A stretch of DNA of 64,000 nt from Chrysomallon squamiferum (taxonomy: Eukaryota > Animalia > Mollusca). Positions 29,324-42,744 of the stretch are shown here, piece by piece (the stretch's first letter is position 1; each line of letters opens with the position of its first letter). The DNA is taken from assembly GCA_012295275.1 (NCBI GenBank), contig CM022676.1, positions 7,750,001 through 7,814,000 of the forward strand. Reading direction: 5' to 3'. The notes under the pieces are model-generated. The model did not search any database, was not told the origin of the DNA, and saw nothing but the letters and a program-made list of their open reading frames with translations. The position numbers were made by a program, and so were the translations under genes.

Positions 29324-30646
29324 CTGAAACATGGAATGATATTATGTTTTGGTTTATATAAATATTATTACGTGTGTTCGAGTGTGCGTATTGTTTATAT
29401 ATATATATATATCTATATATATATATATATCTTTGCATGTATATAGTTGTGTGTATATATTATGTGTGTTTATGTATGTATGTGCGTATGTGTATGTATA
29501 CGAATGTATGTGTTTATGTGTGTACATATGTATATATGTATGTATATGTATGTATGTATTATGTATGTATGTGTGTATGTAAGTGTGTATGTGTGTGCGT
29601 ATATGTCAGCTTACCAGAAACTTGATCTACTTTGTGGTAGTCATGATGATTTGGGCTGATTCTGAATTTTCAAAAGTAAATAACATATATTACATGTACA
29701 TTGATGTGATAATCCTAGTACGAACAAAGGAATGCAAACAGACATACGTATATACATACCATATAATCATACATAAATACATGTGTTATATACTACATAT
29801 ATATTACATATTTACGCACGTGCACACATACATACATACATTCATACATACATATATACATACAGGCATGCATACATACATGCATACATAAATATATACA
29901 CACACATAAATACATAAACTCACAAACATACATAGAGATATACATAAATATATACACACACATAAATACATAAACTCACAAACATACATAGAGATATACA
30001 TAGACATATACAGATAGACGCACATTAGCATGAATACATTTTACAGAAAGAAAAATAGTAAAAAACAATAATAAATTAATTTACCTTAGTTGGTTCGAAG
30101 TTGAGTTGTTTTCTCCTGTAATAATAATAATAATAATATTAACCTTATCATCATCTTGAACTTAGTAGTATAGTAATAATACTAGTTATTTATATCTGTA
30201 TAGTATACTTATCTCTTCAAATCAATCTATCTAAATACTGACATCGTCGTGAAATATTTTTTGTAGACGTCAGTTTTTACCTCAGCCATTTCATTATCAG
30301 GTGGCTGAAATATGTAGGTTGTCAAGAAAACAGGTTTGATATTCTATTTAAGATAATAGTGTAAATTAGACTCGATTTATCTCCCCTTTACTCTTTTGGT
30401 AAGTGTAATTTAAATACATAATAAAATAAATAAAGGAACAAAAAAAAAGACATACAAACAATAAATAAACAATAGTATGAATTAACGAATAAATGAACGA
30501 AAGAAAAAATGGATGAATGAATAAATAAATGAAGACTGTAAAATAAAATAAAATATAACAAAACAAAATAAAAGTGAAACAATTTTAAACCAACCAACCA
30601 ACCAGCCAACCAATTAAACCGTCCAAAGAACCAAATAAATAATTAC

Positions 30647-30763
30647 TTATTTTATTTCGAAAGTGCATAACAATGCCAAAGATAATGATGAGAAACAAAG
30701 CCGAGGAAGCTCCAAAACCGCTGCCAAATCCTTTTCCAAATATATTGCTGTCTTCTTCAGGGG
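30647..30763 (-). pseudogene. TM exon of Ig gene 2; open frame but canonical acceptor mutated
   Basis: PEEDSNIFGKGFGSGFGASSALFLIIIFGIVMHFRNKI with a phase-1 GTAATT donor. The acceptor reads ttcAA where the paralog at 10263 has ttcAG. Confidence 0.7.
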
Positions 30764-31289
30764 TTGAACATTCATCAACGAAAATAAAAATGTCAGATTA
30801 AATTAACATAATATTTATATATCTTCAATACATAGGTAATTTGTATTTGCTATTATTAATATATCTTCAATACATAGGTAATTTGTATTTGCTATTATTA
30901 ATATATCTTCAGAGAATAGGCAATTGTTTATTTGCTATTGTTAAGGTATCTTTTAGTTTAGTTATTGTCTGTGTGTATTTATTATACACATTCACCGCCG
31001 ATTTTTGTACTTAAACAATTCTGATTTTATACACCTCTATTTTCTTCACCATTCCATGTTCATCTGTCACTCTTTCTATGTTCCTCTGTCTCTCTGTCTG
31101 ATTTTTCTTTCTTTCTTTACATCACTGTATCAGTACATCCTTCCATCCATCCTTCCATTCACGAGCTCACTGTCTAGATATCCATAAATATATAATTATG
31201 TAGGTAAGAACGTATGTGTACTTACACATGCATATACATAGGCAGATATATATATGCTGTTTAGCAGTTACGTACAAGATATGAAATAG

Positions 31290-31810
31290 AGACAACCTGA
31301 TTGGATGTTCAATATATTTGCAACATTATTTCGTTGATACAGCATTTCTGAATGCAGCCAGCAGTAACACGTTGTGATGATGTCAACGTCGTTACTTTAA
31401 TGTCAACTAATGAAATGGAGGGGTACATCTACCAAAATGAAGTGAGGGGTTCAATAATGTGTGTTGCACTAATGAGAGCATCAATCTCAGAAACAGCAAC
31501 TGCGTTCCATTCACGGTTCAGAGCAATTTGTAGGTCATGGACATTAAGGATATGAGGATGGTTTTCGCGTACCCTACGGCCCAGTAGATCCCATGCATGT
31601 TCAGTTGGAGACAAGTCAGGGGACTTCGGTGGACAGTTCAACACTTGGATGTGGTTCCGCTCAAGAAGATTAGTGGTTAGTCTAGCGTTGTCAAGTTGAA
31701 ACAGAAAGCCAGGAATGGAATGACAACTCGTGTAATGATATCGTCGCAGTAACGTTGAGCAGTCGTGATTTTGTGAATGAAAACGAGATCTGTTTTAATT
31801 TATTTGGAAT
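31290..31810 (-). mobile_element. Tc1 transposase 3' fragment
   Basis: LNCPPKSPDLSPTEHAWDLLGRRVR matches the WPxxSPDLNPIE motif. Same family as 51531-52250. Confidence 0.85.
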
Positions 31811-32120
31811 AAACAGTCATTTACAAAAACTAGCTGAACTTTCTTGATTAAGCATACATACATACATACATACATACATCCATATATCCATACATCCATA
31901 CATCATACATACATACAAACATACATACATTAACACGCACATAAGCAGACACTCTCACATATAAATAAACACATAATGTTATCAATAGCATAACGAAGTG
32001 TCTCAGACCTTAACGCTTATTGTTGGTTGTCTGATATTTTAAACATACACCTCTAACAAGTACTAAGTTGTCTGTTTAATTTATCATTTTTATTTTTTCT
32101 ATAATTAGTTTCTTATTTAC

Positions 32121-32278
32121 GATGTACAGTCAAATGAAGTGTTTTGTTGGCAGTTTTTTTCGTATCTGGATTTTCAGCTGTACACACATAGGAACCTCAT
32201 GGTGATCTGTTAATATTAGCCAGTGAGAGAACGCCCGTGTTACTGATGACGTCATCTGCGACCTTCCATTTATAATTA
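32121..32278 (-). pseudogene. Truncated C2 exon of gene 2
   Basis: NYKWKVADDVISNTGVLSLANINRSP*GSYVCTAENPDTKKTANKTLHLTVH. 5' half and acceptor deleted, in-frame TGA. Confidence 0.85.
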
Positions 32279-32329
32279 GAAGTACGTATTTATTTATTTA
32301 TTTACTTTGTTAATATTTTAGCTGATTTA

Positions 32330-32379
<50 letters not shown>

Positions 32380-32824
32380 TAATAAAATATCAAAATAAAA
32401 AACTAAATCTTGACATGTACACATGTATCATTTTAAAGATGTATCTTCATATACGTAAGTTAGCGTATACGTACGATCTGTTTAATCTTATAATTTGGTT
32501 GGAAATTATTTCATTTAAGAATATAAACTTAGTTAAATGTTAAAATATATTAATCATTCTTATCTTCTGTAATTATCAAAGTATTTGGTTTTGATAAAGG
32601 TATTTGACCTCTGATTTCAAGTATTATCTTGTTCTACTGAGATGTTTAGTTTAGAAAGCATTAAAAGAATATAATTCCTAGAATGCTAATTACAAAATAA
32701 AACTGATAAAACATGTGAGTTATAGTACTGTTTTGTTTTATTGAATTTTTTTTTTTCTGTTTTTTTTTAGTTATCATTAGCACTACATATGTCCTAGAAT
32801 GACAATAATAAAACTGATTTTTAC

Positions 32825-33130
32825 CTCTCACTTCCAGTTTTATTTCATTGCTGCGTGGTATATCATTACCACATCTCCACACTGTTCCTTGTTGACTGAG
32901 TTTGACAGATTTTATTGTCAGAGTCCTTACTCCATTCGAACAGTTATACAAATAATATTTTGGATGTGGCCCGAACCAACGACAGTAATCGCGTACTCTT
33001 CCATCCATAGAGTATATTGCGTCATTCACAAACCAGCTAAATACATCAGCAGGACCTGCTCGACAGGTCAAAGTAAACTGTGATCCAACAACTCCATATC
33101 TGTCTGATGCCGTTAATGTGTAACCCTGAC
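32825..33130 (-). CDS. V-like Ig domain exon of gene 2 (intact)
   Basis: gaAG ... GTAAAA, 306 nt, phase 1-1: QGYTLTASDRYGVVGSQFTLTCRAGPADVFSWFVNDAIYSMDGRVRDYCRWFGPHPKYYLYNCSNGVRTLTIKSVKLSQQGTVWRCGNDIPRSNEIKLEVR. Confidence 0.85.
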
Positions 33131-33283
33131 CTTCAGTTTAGAATAATGATTAAAAAAAAAAAAACATAAATTAAAAAAATAATAATAATAATAATAATAA
33201 AACTTCAAAGTTTAAATTAAAAAATAATTTAAAAAAAAAATTAAAAATAAAGTTAAAGTTAAATTAAATTAAATTATAGAAAC

Positions 33284-33335
<52 letters not shown>

Positions 33336-33662
33336 CTTTATTACAGAAGTTTACTTTGTATTACATTACGTTACATTATGTTACGTTACGCTGTTTTATG
33401 GATTGTCATTTTATGTTATATTATGTCGTCATATAATGGCATAGATTTTTAATGCAGATATACTTCTAAAGTTCAAATCACACAATTACACATTTTTCAT
33501 TTGACATTAGTCAGCGATACATAATGTCGACTCCACCCAGATTTCACACTTACTAAATGACATTAACTCAGACAGAGATACATAACCTGAATAAAAAAAT
33601 AAATACCTTATAGGTTATGTGTATCTCTATGTCTGCATGTATGTACATGGGTAGGTAGTTAA

Positions 33663-33744
<82 letters not shown>

Positions 33745-33991
33745 TTTCATTTGTGTATGTATTATGCTATATGTGTGTTTGTAAGGATTATCGACATATC
33801 TCTTGTATCATTCTCAACATTCACCAGTATTCGCTTGTATTCTCAACTGTTATTTTTTTTTTTTGTTTTGTTTCAAAATTCATTTCTAACAATCAGAATC
33901 CTGTGCCAGTGATTCAATCTCTGTTTCATTTTCATTTTAGATTTTTGTTCTTTTTTCTTTGTCGTTGTTGTTGTTGTCATCATCATCATCA

Positions 33992-34061
<70 letters not shown>

Positions 34062-34375
34062 GCTATGCTTTTTTTACATATTTTTCAGTTGTATTAGATC
34101 ATGTTAATTATGTTACGCAACGCTTCGTTATGGACTGTCATGTTTTGTTATGTTATGTTATGTTATTGTTTCATATTTTCATAAATATATTTTAAAGAGT
34201 TGAACTGACAGTTAAACATTTCATTTTACGTTAGTCATTCAAAAACGGCGGCGAGTCCACCCAGATTTCACATTTAACTCGATAAAAAAAAATAATAATA
34301 ATAAAGAAAGAAAGAAAGAAAGAAAACAAAAGAAAGAAAGAAAGAAAACAAAAAGAAAGAATATCAAATACATAC

Positions 34376-34439
34376 TTTGTACGTACAGTACACATCCCAG
34401 TAACACGAACACACAGAACAACTTACAATTCATTTCCAT
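34376..34439 (-). CDS. Signal peptide exon of gene 2
   Basis: MEMNCKLFCVFVLLGCVLYVQ(S) with a phase-1 GTATGT donor. Confidence 0.82.
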
Positions 34440-34659
34440 TATTTTAGTTTTCACTGCCGTTAGCAAAAAAATTATTTTATTACTATTATTATTAATATCT
34501 GTTTTATTTTTCGTTTTCTAAATTTTCACTAATTTCGTGTTTTCACTTCTGTTAATACAAAAATTGTTTCTTCTCCACCTTCTTCTTTTAAATTCTTCCT
34601 TGTTTACTTTTCTGTTGCTATGTTACCATCTGTACTTCCTGTTTCACAAGACAAACATC

Positions 34660-34975
34660 CGTTTTAATCCTTGTAAAAAAATAACATCTATCATACGCTA
34701 GAACCACTCGACTGACTTCAGCAGTTCGCTGGCAGCATAAAAATAGTACTATTTACTTGTACATACACGACAAAACGAAATCCAAGACCTCTATCAGAAA
34801 ATGACAGACTCGGAAATCTTCGGACATGTTCGAAACGACCTAAATAGCGACGTAACGGTCATCTGACTAAAACGTGACCGCTCTTCAGCGCGACGAACGC
34901 TATTTTAGACCGAGAGTAATCATCATGCGCCCCGAAGACGGATGACGTCACCGAATATTGTCTACGTGTAGTCTA
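34660..34975 (-). promoter_or_regulatory. Putative promoter of Ig gene 2
   Basis: Paralog of 14500-14830 (ccactcgactgacttcagcagttcgctg, gacgtaacggtca). Perfect CRE TGACGTCA at 34943-34950. Confidence 0.5.
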
Positions 34976-35224
34976 AGCAGACAAGAAAAAAGGCTGCTCA
35001 GTAATTGGGGTTAATTATCCCATGAAGCATGCCGTCTCTTTGCCTTGTGTAATGTTTGTGTTCATCTATTCTTTTGTGTTAACCCTTGCACTGGCAAATA
35101 TGTATTTTCAGATTGAATATTCTCCCACGAAGCACACCGTTCTTTGTGTTTTGTAATGTTTGCGTTCATCTATTCTTTTGTTTGAAACCCTGCACTGGCA
35201 AACCTAATCTTAGACTTGCCATAC

Positions 35225-36250
35225 AGCGTTATATTTTGAATACTTGATTTTCTTCAATATCTTTGTTTGTTTTTGTGTTTACTTTTTTGTTATGTTTTTG
35301 GGGGGGGTTATACCTGGGTCTATATATGTACGTATGTAGGTATTTCATGTTATAGCAATGTGTATTTGTATATTTGCAGGTATGTAGATACACTGTTACG
35401 TGTATACGAATGTATGTGTTTTTTGTTGTTGTTGTTGTTTTGTATGTGTAAGTAAGTAGGTAAGTAAATATATGTGTATGTGCGTTTGTTCGCTTATGTA
35501 TATATGTATATAAGTACATTTCCTTGTGTGTGTGGATGTGTGTGTGCGTTTTTGTTCATTTTAATAATGCGAAATGTTTGTGCAAAGTCTCGCGTGATAT
35601 TTCATAATAAACTGGGTGCTGCAAAGAGATAAAGGGCGGCCATTTTGAATTTGGCTGCTTGTCAAGTTTATTTTGTTCTGTCATGACTAGACCAACCCGT
35701 TTTAACTCTTATTGTAACTCTACACGCTATTCAAAACCAGCCATGGGTGGAAGACGACGCACAAAACATGCAACCCAAATCACATGAAACTCTTTCTTCT
35801 AAATTATTGTGTAGCATATTCTTTCTATTTTGTTCGGTTATACAAGAATGTGTGTGTGAGTGTGTGTGTGTGTGTGTGCGTGTGTGTGTGCGTGCGTGTG
35901 TGTGTCTGTGCTGTATTCTTACTTTCTGAGTATACATCAAAGTCCGTGTGTGTATGCATATAACTATAACGTAGATAATTATATAAAAATGTACAATACG
36001 TTTCACAGGTTGAAATAAAAATATCTCTGTTCGTTGTTGTAATTGACGTATCTGTTGTATCATTCTCAACATACACCAGTCTCTGATATCAAAATATTCA
36101 ACGACTTTACGTAAACTATTCATCTGGATTTTGATTTGTTATTGTTCTGTCTTATTTTCTTTTGAAATTCTCACATTCACATTTACTAAGCTTCCAGCCA
36201 GTGCCTGTTATTCAATCTCTGTTTTATTTTTTGTTTTCGTTTGTTTGTTT
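35225..36250. repeat. Inverted duplicate of about 58850-60060 (rearranged)
   Basis: ORFs 35731-36123(-) and 59229-59543(+) share NSLRKVVEYFDIRDWCMLRM. The aaattcaaaatggccgccc block is inverted. Confidence 0.8.
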
Positions 36251-36480
36251 TCGTTTTTTTGTTGTTGTTTTTTTGTTGTTGTTGTTACAGACTGTCATGT
36301 CATGATATGTTATATTATATTACTGTCTTGTGTCGTAATACAAATGTATATCAGAATTTCGAAACAGACATTTATGCTTTTTAATGTACATTAGTCAGGA
36401 ATATGTAGCAGCGATTGCACCTAGATTTAACAATGAAATGAAATTAATTCGGATACAGATAAATAATCTGAATATAAAAT

Positions 36481-36537
36481 ACGTACGTACAGTACACATC
36501 CCAGTAACATGAACACAAAGAATAACTAACAACTCAT
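36481..36537 (-). pseudogene. Dead signal-peptide exon
   Basis: MSC*LFFVFMLLGCVLYV: premature TAG and lost donor. Confidence 0.7.
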
Positions 36538-36736
36538 TTTTATTATATTTTATTTTCGTAATAAGAAAATTCGTTTTATTCTTTATAAAGTAACCTCTGG
36601 GTTGTTATACATTTTTATTATTAAATTAAATTCACTGAACTGAATCCAGCTGAATCAGTGTTTTTAAATATTTTACAGAAAACCCATATAATATTTTGTT
36701 CACTTAAATGTATATGTATGTGTATGTGTATGTGTA

Positions 36737-36769
<33 letters not shown>

Positions 36770-36809
36770 ATGTATGTATGTATGTATTTATGTTTGTGTA
36801 TATAAGCGG

Positions 36810-38000
36810 AAACAGAAACAAACCTGCTCTAAGATAACGAAACATAACATAATGAACAAAACAATAGTACACACTAGTTTAGTAGTTACATCAGTTGCTT
36901 TTATTACGTCCCTTGTCCTAGTTCCCTTTCTCTCTTCTTGCTCACAATTCTTTTAATCCATTTTCTATGTTTAACCATTGTTAAAACAAGCAACAATATG
37001 GAAATCTTTCTTTTCTTAATGATTCCTCTTCCTGAATAACTTTTGAGTCTGAATAATATGAAAATAAACTATTTACATCTGCTGTACATTTCTAGAAGTT
37101 TCAAAAGAGGGCAAAAAGGAAAACAAATGACTAAAAACTTTTCAGACAAAAGATATCAATTTAGTATTTTATTCAGAAGTCATATCTTTGTAACGCATGA
37201 TTACTCAGAGTTGTAAAAGTGTACAGATGTAAGTGATTACATTAATTAATTTATATTTTGCTCCTCCACCTCTTCCGTTTCTTTTGTTGTTATAAATGTA
37301 ATGTGTAAAACCATAAATTTCTACATCAGAATATCCCACACAAGTCGATTCATTACAACACAGAAACAAACGTTCGCGGTGTGCAAGTGAAAATATTGTA
37401 TGTGGAGGAAACGTTGTTGTAATCTTATTATTTATGTATCATTTACTTCAACAACATACCACCCATTCTTGAAAATGAAAATGTTTTGGACGCGGATATT
37501 TCGATTTGTTTCTACTTGATAGTTCTGAATCTGATGAAAATAGGGATGGTGTTCATTGTTTAAATCATCGAGAAATTTTTGTTTTCCAAAGCGCTGGTTA
37601 CTGATTTGCCACTGAATCTGAGAATCAACAACTTTCTTCAGAATCAAGAGATCAGGACACAGCTTTAAAAAACAAGAGCAAGCAGAACAATCCAGACAAC
37701 AAAGTTAAATCTATGCTACCTCACCAGCAACAGCAATCACCAAAACACCTCGGTTTATTTGAGGACGAAAAGATCACGAAACAGATAAATACAACAACCT
37801 TAGGCTACAGCAGAAGATCCAGATTTCTCAAACAGATTTTGTGTATTGTAGAACTGTTTTAGTTATTTTTGTTATGAACTACACTGCTCGCCATACAAAG
37901 ATGTAAGCCAAACGTGACAGTGCTAATCACCGTTTTGATACCAAAAAGCATGACATCGGAACCTTTCTGGAAGTTCACCTCTTATCTGGCTATCTTTATG
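36810..38000. repeat. Decayed segment, copy 2
   Basis: Collinear with 5990-7250. Confidence 0.75.
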
Positions 38001-38789
38001 ACTGTTTATTCTTGTCTTAAATCTACAAATAAAACAGTATCAAGTAGTGTTTGCTTTTAGAAGATTTGAGAACAGACAGGATTTTTTTTTTTTTTTTTTT
38101 TTTTTGTATTACTTATAAATTTTGAAATTGATATTTTCCTGGGGGCGCCAGAACCTAACCCCAGATGGTCCGGTGCTGTCCCTGACAATGGCTGAAATTT
38201 ATTGCGCTTGTTAGAACGGTAAATTCGGTGGATCTTTGGGAAAATAATGAAACAGTCTACAAGAGACAAATGGCAAAATATACTTGCACTCGATAGTTAA
38301 ACAATACTGAGACTGTTATCAAAATAAAATTAGAAATTAAAGACACATTTAAAATTAAAATAAATATATAAAACATCTTTTTCATCGTATTTAAGTTTCA
38401 GCAGAAGTCATCTGTGGAAGTAAATTGGAAACTTATTTATTTATTTATTTGTTTATTCATTTATTTATTTATTTACTTATTTAATTATTTACTTATTTAT
38501 TTATTAACTTATTTTTTTATTTATTTTATATAAACGAAACTAAGCCTAATCATAATATTACATAAAAGTTTAAAAATGAAAAGAGGTAGGCTCCGTCTTC
38601 AAGTTTTGTTTCGGTTACAAACATTATAACAAATTATAGAATAACATTTTTGCTAACAAATTGTGAGACTAAAACTGTTATTTATACCCGTATATTTTTC
38701 TTTCTTTCTTCCTAAATTATTAAACAAAATTCAGTATTTTTGTCTTGAAAAAAAAACAATAGCGTAGAAGACAAATGCTCAGTGACTTA

Positions 38790-40970
38790 AAGTTTTAATG
38801 TTAGAGTTATTTCCCTTAATTAATTATTTTATTTATTTATAATATTAGAGTTATTCCTCTTAGACAATCAGCTTGTTACAACTCTATTACACGCATCTAC
38901 ACAACAATTAATTGTTATTGTTTATTTGATTTTGTTTCGTTTTATTTTATTTCAATTCTTTCTTAGAAAATAAATAAATAAATTACACCAACAATGCTTT
39001 ATTATCCACATACGGTTTATTGTACAGATAACGGTCTAAGACGAGTAACTCTGTTTTAGTTCAAAAGTATTATTTTAAATAGAGTTATTCCCCTTAGACT
39101 TTTAACATGTAATAACTCTTGGAAAACAATTTGCACAATATTTTATCCTTGTTGTTTAACTTATTTTTTATTTTCCTTTAATTTAATTTCTTTTCTATAA
39201 AATAAATAAATAAATAAACAAACAAACAAACAAATAAATAAATAAACAAATTGCAACAAAAATCCTTTACTGTGCAGATGCGCTTTAGTGTATAATTAAC
39301 GGACTAAGAGGAATAACTCTGTTTATTGCTATTGTTTATTTCGTTATGTTTTATTTTATTTTATTTTATTTTATTTTATTTTTTATAAATAAATAAATAA
39401 ACAAATAAATAAACAAATAAATCACAACAACAATCGTTTATTGTGCAGATGCGGTTTAAAAGTATAATTAACGGTCTACGAGAAATAACTCTGTTTTAGT
39501 TGTTATTTAATATCTTAAATACAGTTGTTCCCCTTAGACTATTAACTTGTTATGACTCTATTAAATGGACCTGAAGAAGAATTTCTTATTATTTTATTCT
39601 GTTTTGTTTTATTTTATTTCGTTTAAATTTCCTTTTCATCAAATAAATAGATAAATAAATAAATAATAGGAACAATTCTTTTTTGTGCTGAAACGGTTTA
39701 AATTATAAGTTAACGGTCTAAGAGGAATAACTCTTTTTTAGTTCAAAAGTATTATCTTAAATAGAGTTATTCTCCTTAGGCTATTAACATGTCATAACTA
39801 TATGAAAACAATTTGCACAACAAAGTATTCTTATTGTTTTACTTATTTTTTCATTTTACTTTACTTTAATTTTTTTTTCTATAAAATAAATAAACAAACA
39901 CAATAATAAATAAATAAATAAATAAATAAATTGCAACAACAATCCTTTATTGTGCAGATGCGATTTAGTAAATAATTAACGGTCTAAGAGGAATAACTCT
40001 GATTTAGTTCTTATTTATTATCTTAGAGTTATTCCCCTTAGACCGTTAACTTGTTACGAATCTATTAAAGACATCTGCAGAGTATTATTTTTTGAGTTTT
40101 ATTCTATTTTGTTTTATATCATTCCACTATATGTTCTTTTTGATAAAATAAATTTAAAAAAGAATAATAATTAATTAATCAATAAATAAATTAATAAATA
40201 AATTAATTAATTAATTACAGGACCAATGCTTTATTGTGCAGATGTGGTTTAAACTATAAGTTAACGGTCTAAGAGGAATAACTCTGTTTCAGTTCTTATT
40301 TATTAGCTTAAGTAGAGTTATTCCCCTTATACCGTTAACTTGTTAAAACTCTATTAAAGGGACCTGCAGAATATTGTCTTATTGTTTTAATGTTTAGTTT
40401 TATTTTATTTTATTTAAATTTCTTTTTTCATGTAAATAGATGAATGAATAAATAAATAAATAAATAAATTATAGGAAAAACGGTTTATGATGCAAATTTG
40501 GTTTAAACAGTAAGTTAACGGTCTAAGAGGAATCACTCTGTTTTAGTTGTTATTTATTAGCTTAAGTAGAGTTATTCCCCTTAGACCGTTAACTTGTTAT
40601 GACTCTGTTAAATGGGACTGCAGAACAATATTTTGTTATTATTTTGTTCTGTTTCTTTTTCTTTATTTTATTTCAATTAATTTTTGGTAAAATAAATAAA
40701 TAAATAAATAAATTATAGGAACAATGCTTTGTTGTGCAGATGCGTTTAAAGTACAAGTTAGCTGCCCAAGAGGAATAACTGTTCAGTTCTTATGTATTTA
40801 TTATGTAGTTATTCCCCTTTGACCGTTAACTTCTTATAACTCTATTAAACGGACCTGGAGAATATTTTGCTGTTGTTTTAATCTGTTTCGTTTTATTTTA
40901 TTTAAAAAAAAAAAATAATTATATATAAATAAATAAATAAATTATAGCAACAATGTGCAGCTCCGGTTTA
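38790..40970. repeat. Tandem satellite (about 175-285-bp units, about 8 copies) with an internal inverted repeat
   Basis: Unit core gttaacggtctaagaggaataactct-N~28-agagttattccccttagaccgttaac near 39030, 39295, 39470, 39710, 39975, 40260, 40515 and 40757. Confidence 0.9.
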
Positions 40971-41654
40971 AATTAAAATTAATACAAAGTCTTTCTATTT
41001 AAATTTAGATAACTTAAAGTAATTTCCGTTATCCAAGTATGTGCAGGTGCAGTTATCAGTAAGAGTGATTATTGCTGAACGAGATGAGGATTTCTGACGC
41101 TAAATTCAAACTAATATGTGCTTGAAAAGTACTAAATTAACGTTGTTGATCCTTACAATGCCTTACGATGTTTTGTTTCGTAGTTCCATATAATTTCGCT
41201 GTTTCACAGATAAGCAATGAAGCTTCCATACCACTTTCCATTATGTATAGGAGTATCTATCTATGTTTTTATATGTATTAATAACTGTGTGTTCACGAGT
41301 GTACACATGTGTGTGTACGTGCGCTTGTGTGTATATGCATGTATCCACATATACGCATATATTTTATTATACACATAATTATACGTGGACGGATGGATGC
41401 ATAAAGTAACGTAGAGAATGAAAGGAAAATCGGACAGAAAAACAGATGGACACAGACAAACCAACAGATAAATAGAGAAATTATAGAAAAGAAAAGTGTG
41501 TAAAATCAGAATGGCGCAACTACAAAAATCGATAGAAAAAAAAAAAATTATTATATACGTAGAGAAATGTTGCTTTATTTATGTACAGTGGGAAACATTA
41601 AATCATAACAGAGAACTGAACATTTTATTTACTGTGTCAAAGAAAAATAGTGAC

Positions 41655-41727
<73 letters not shown>

Positions 41728-41846
41728 AACATCTACTTTCAAATGAATATCTATCGATCTATCTATATAATCACTAAATATAATGTGTATATATGTATAT
41801 ATTAGTGTGTATGTATATATGTATGTATGTGTGTATGTATATATAT

Positions 41847-41904
<58 letters not shown>

Positions 41905-41939
41905 ACATACATACTTATACATGTATCTATATATATATA

Positions 41940-42110
41940 TAGTGGTACCTTGACGTACGAGTTTAATTCGTTCCGCGACCGAGCTCGTATCTCAATTTGC
42001 TCGTATATCAAATCATTTTTCCGACTGAAATTACTTGAAATACCATTAATCTGTTCCAGTCCTCAAATAATCAGCCTTGTTTTATTTATTTATTTTTTTT
42101 TTTTTTATTT

Positions 42111-42162
<52 letters not shown>

Positions 42163-42728
42163 GCAACGTGTTTTTAAATTTAAAAAAATGTATTTATAAA
42201 TGACAAATATTATATAAAAACAAAATAAAGGAGAATGTAAAGAAATAAATTGGTTTTGTAAAGTGTATTTATCTTGGAGATCAAACAAATTATTCTAACG
42301 CCTTTGGCTGGAGGTACAGCCTTTATCGACTCCTACTTCAGTATGTACATATCATAGAAGTACTACGCTAGTATTGCCTAGCCAAGTCGACTACATACAC
42401 AACTGGCTCATGTTTTTCTATGAATTAAAGCATTAATTCAATGGACATCCTCCGCTTCTTCTTCTCAGCACTGTCCTTTGTACTCACTTTCTTAGGATCC
42501 ATGGTCAGAAAAAATAAATTTGGCAAAATACTGCACAAAACGCAAACACAACACAACAGAGATGCTTCCGTGCCGAGGTAACCTGGTGAAGAAAACGAGT
42601 GAGACGTGGGATGCTGGCCTGATATTGTGTTGTTTGTTGCGCCATGTAGAGATGTATGTGAAGCTTACTTGTAACTCGGATTTTAGTTCGCAACTCAAAG
42701 CATAAAACTCGTAAGTAGAGGTACACTG
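41940..42728 (+). mobile_element. pogo/Tigger-like non-autonomous element
   Basis: Imperfect TIRs (t)agtggtaccttgacgtacgagttt ... aaactcgtaagtagaggtacactg. The left end abuts a (TA)n run. Confidence 0.65.
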
Positions 42729-42744
42729 AATATGTAAGATGAAA

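Larger units (their letters stand above)
24590..29830. repeat. About 5.2-kb high-identity direct duplicate of 46130-51300
   Basis: Collinear near-identical sequence, with the same order of tail-exon variants and near-identical ORF pairs (26522/48005, 27266/48809). Confidence 0.9.

Noticed and set aside
30085-30400. Possible micro-exons between TM and tail (30085-30115, about 30281-30304; also about 9794-9818)
   Set aside because: AG/GT pairs exist, but I could not find a frame-consistent path conserved between genes 1 and 2. Needs transcripts.
38790-40970. CRISPR-like repeat/spacer appearance
   Set aside because: Eukaryotic context, spacers are homologous low-complexity sequence, units are about 250 bp and no cas genes are present.
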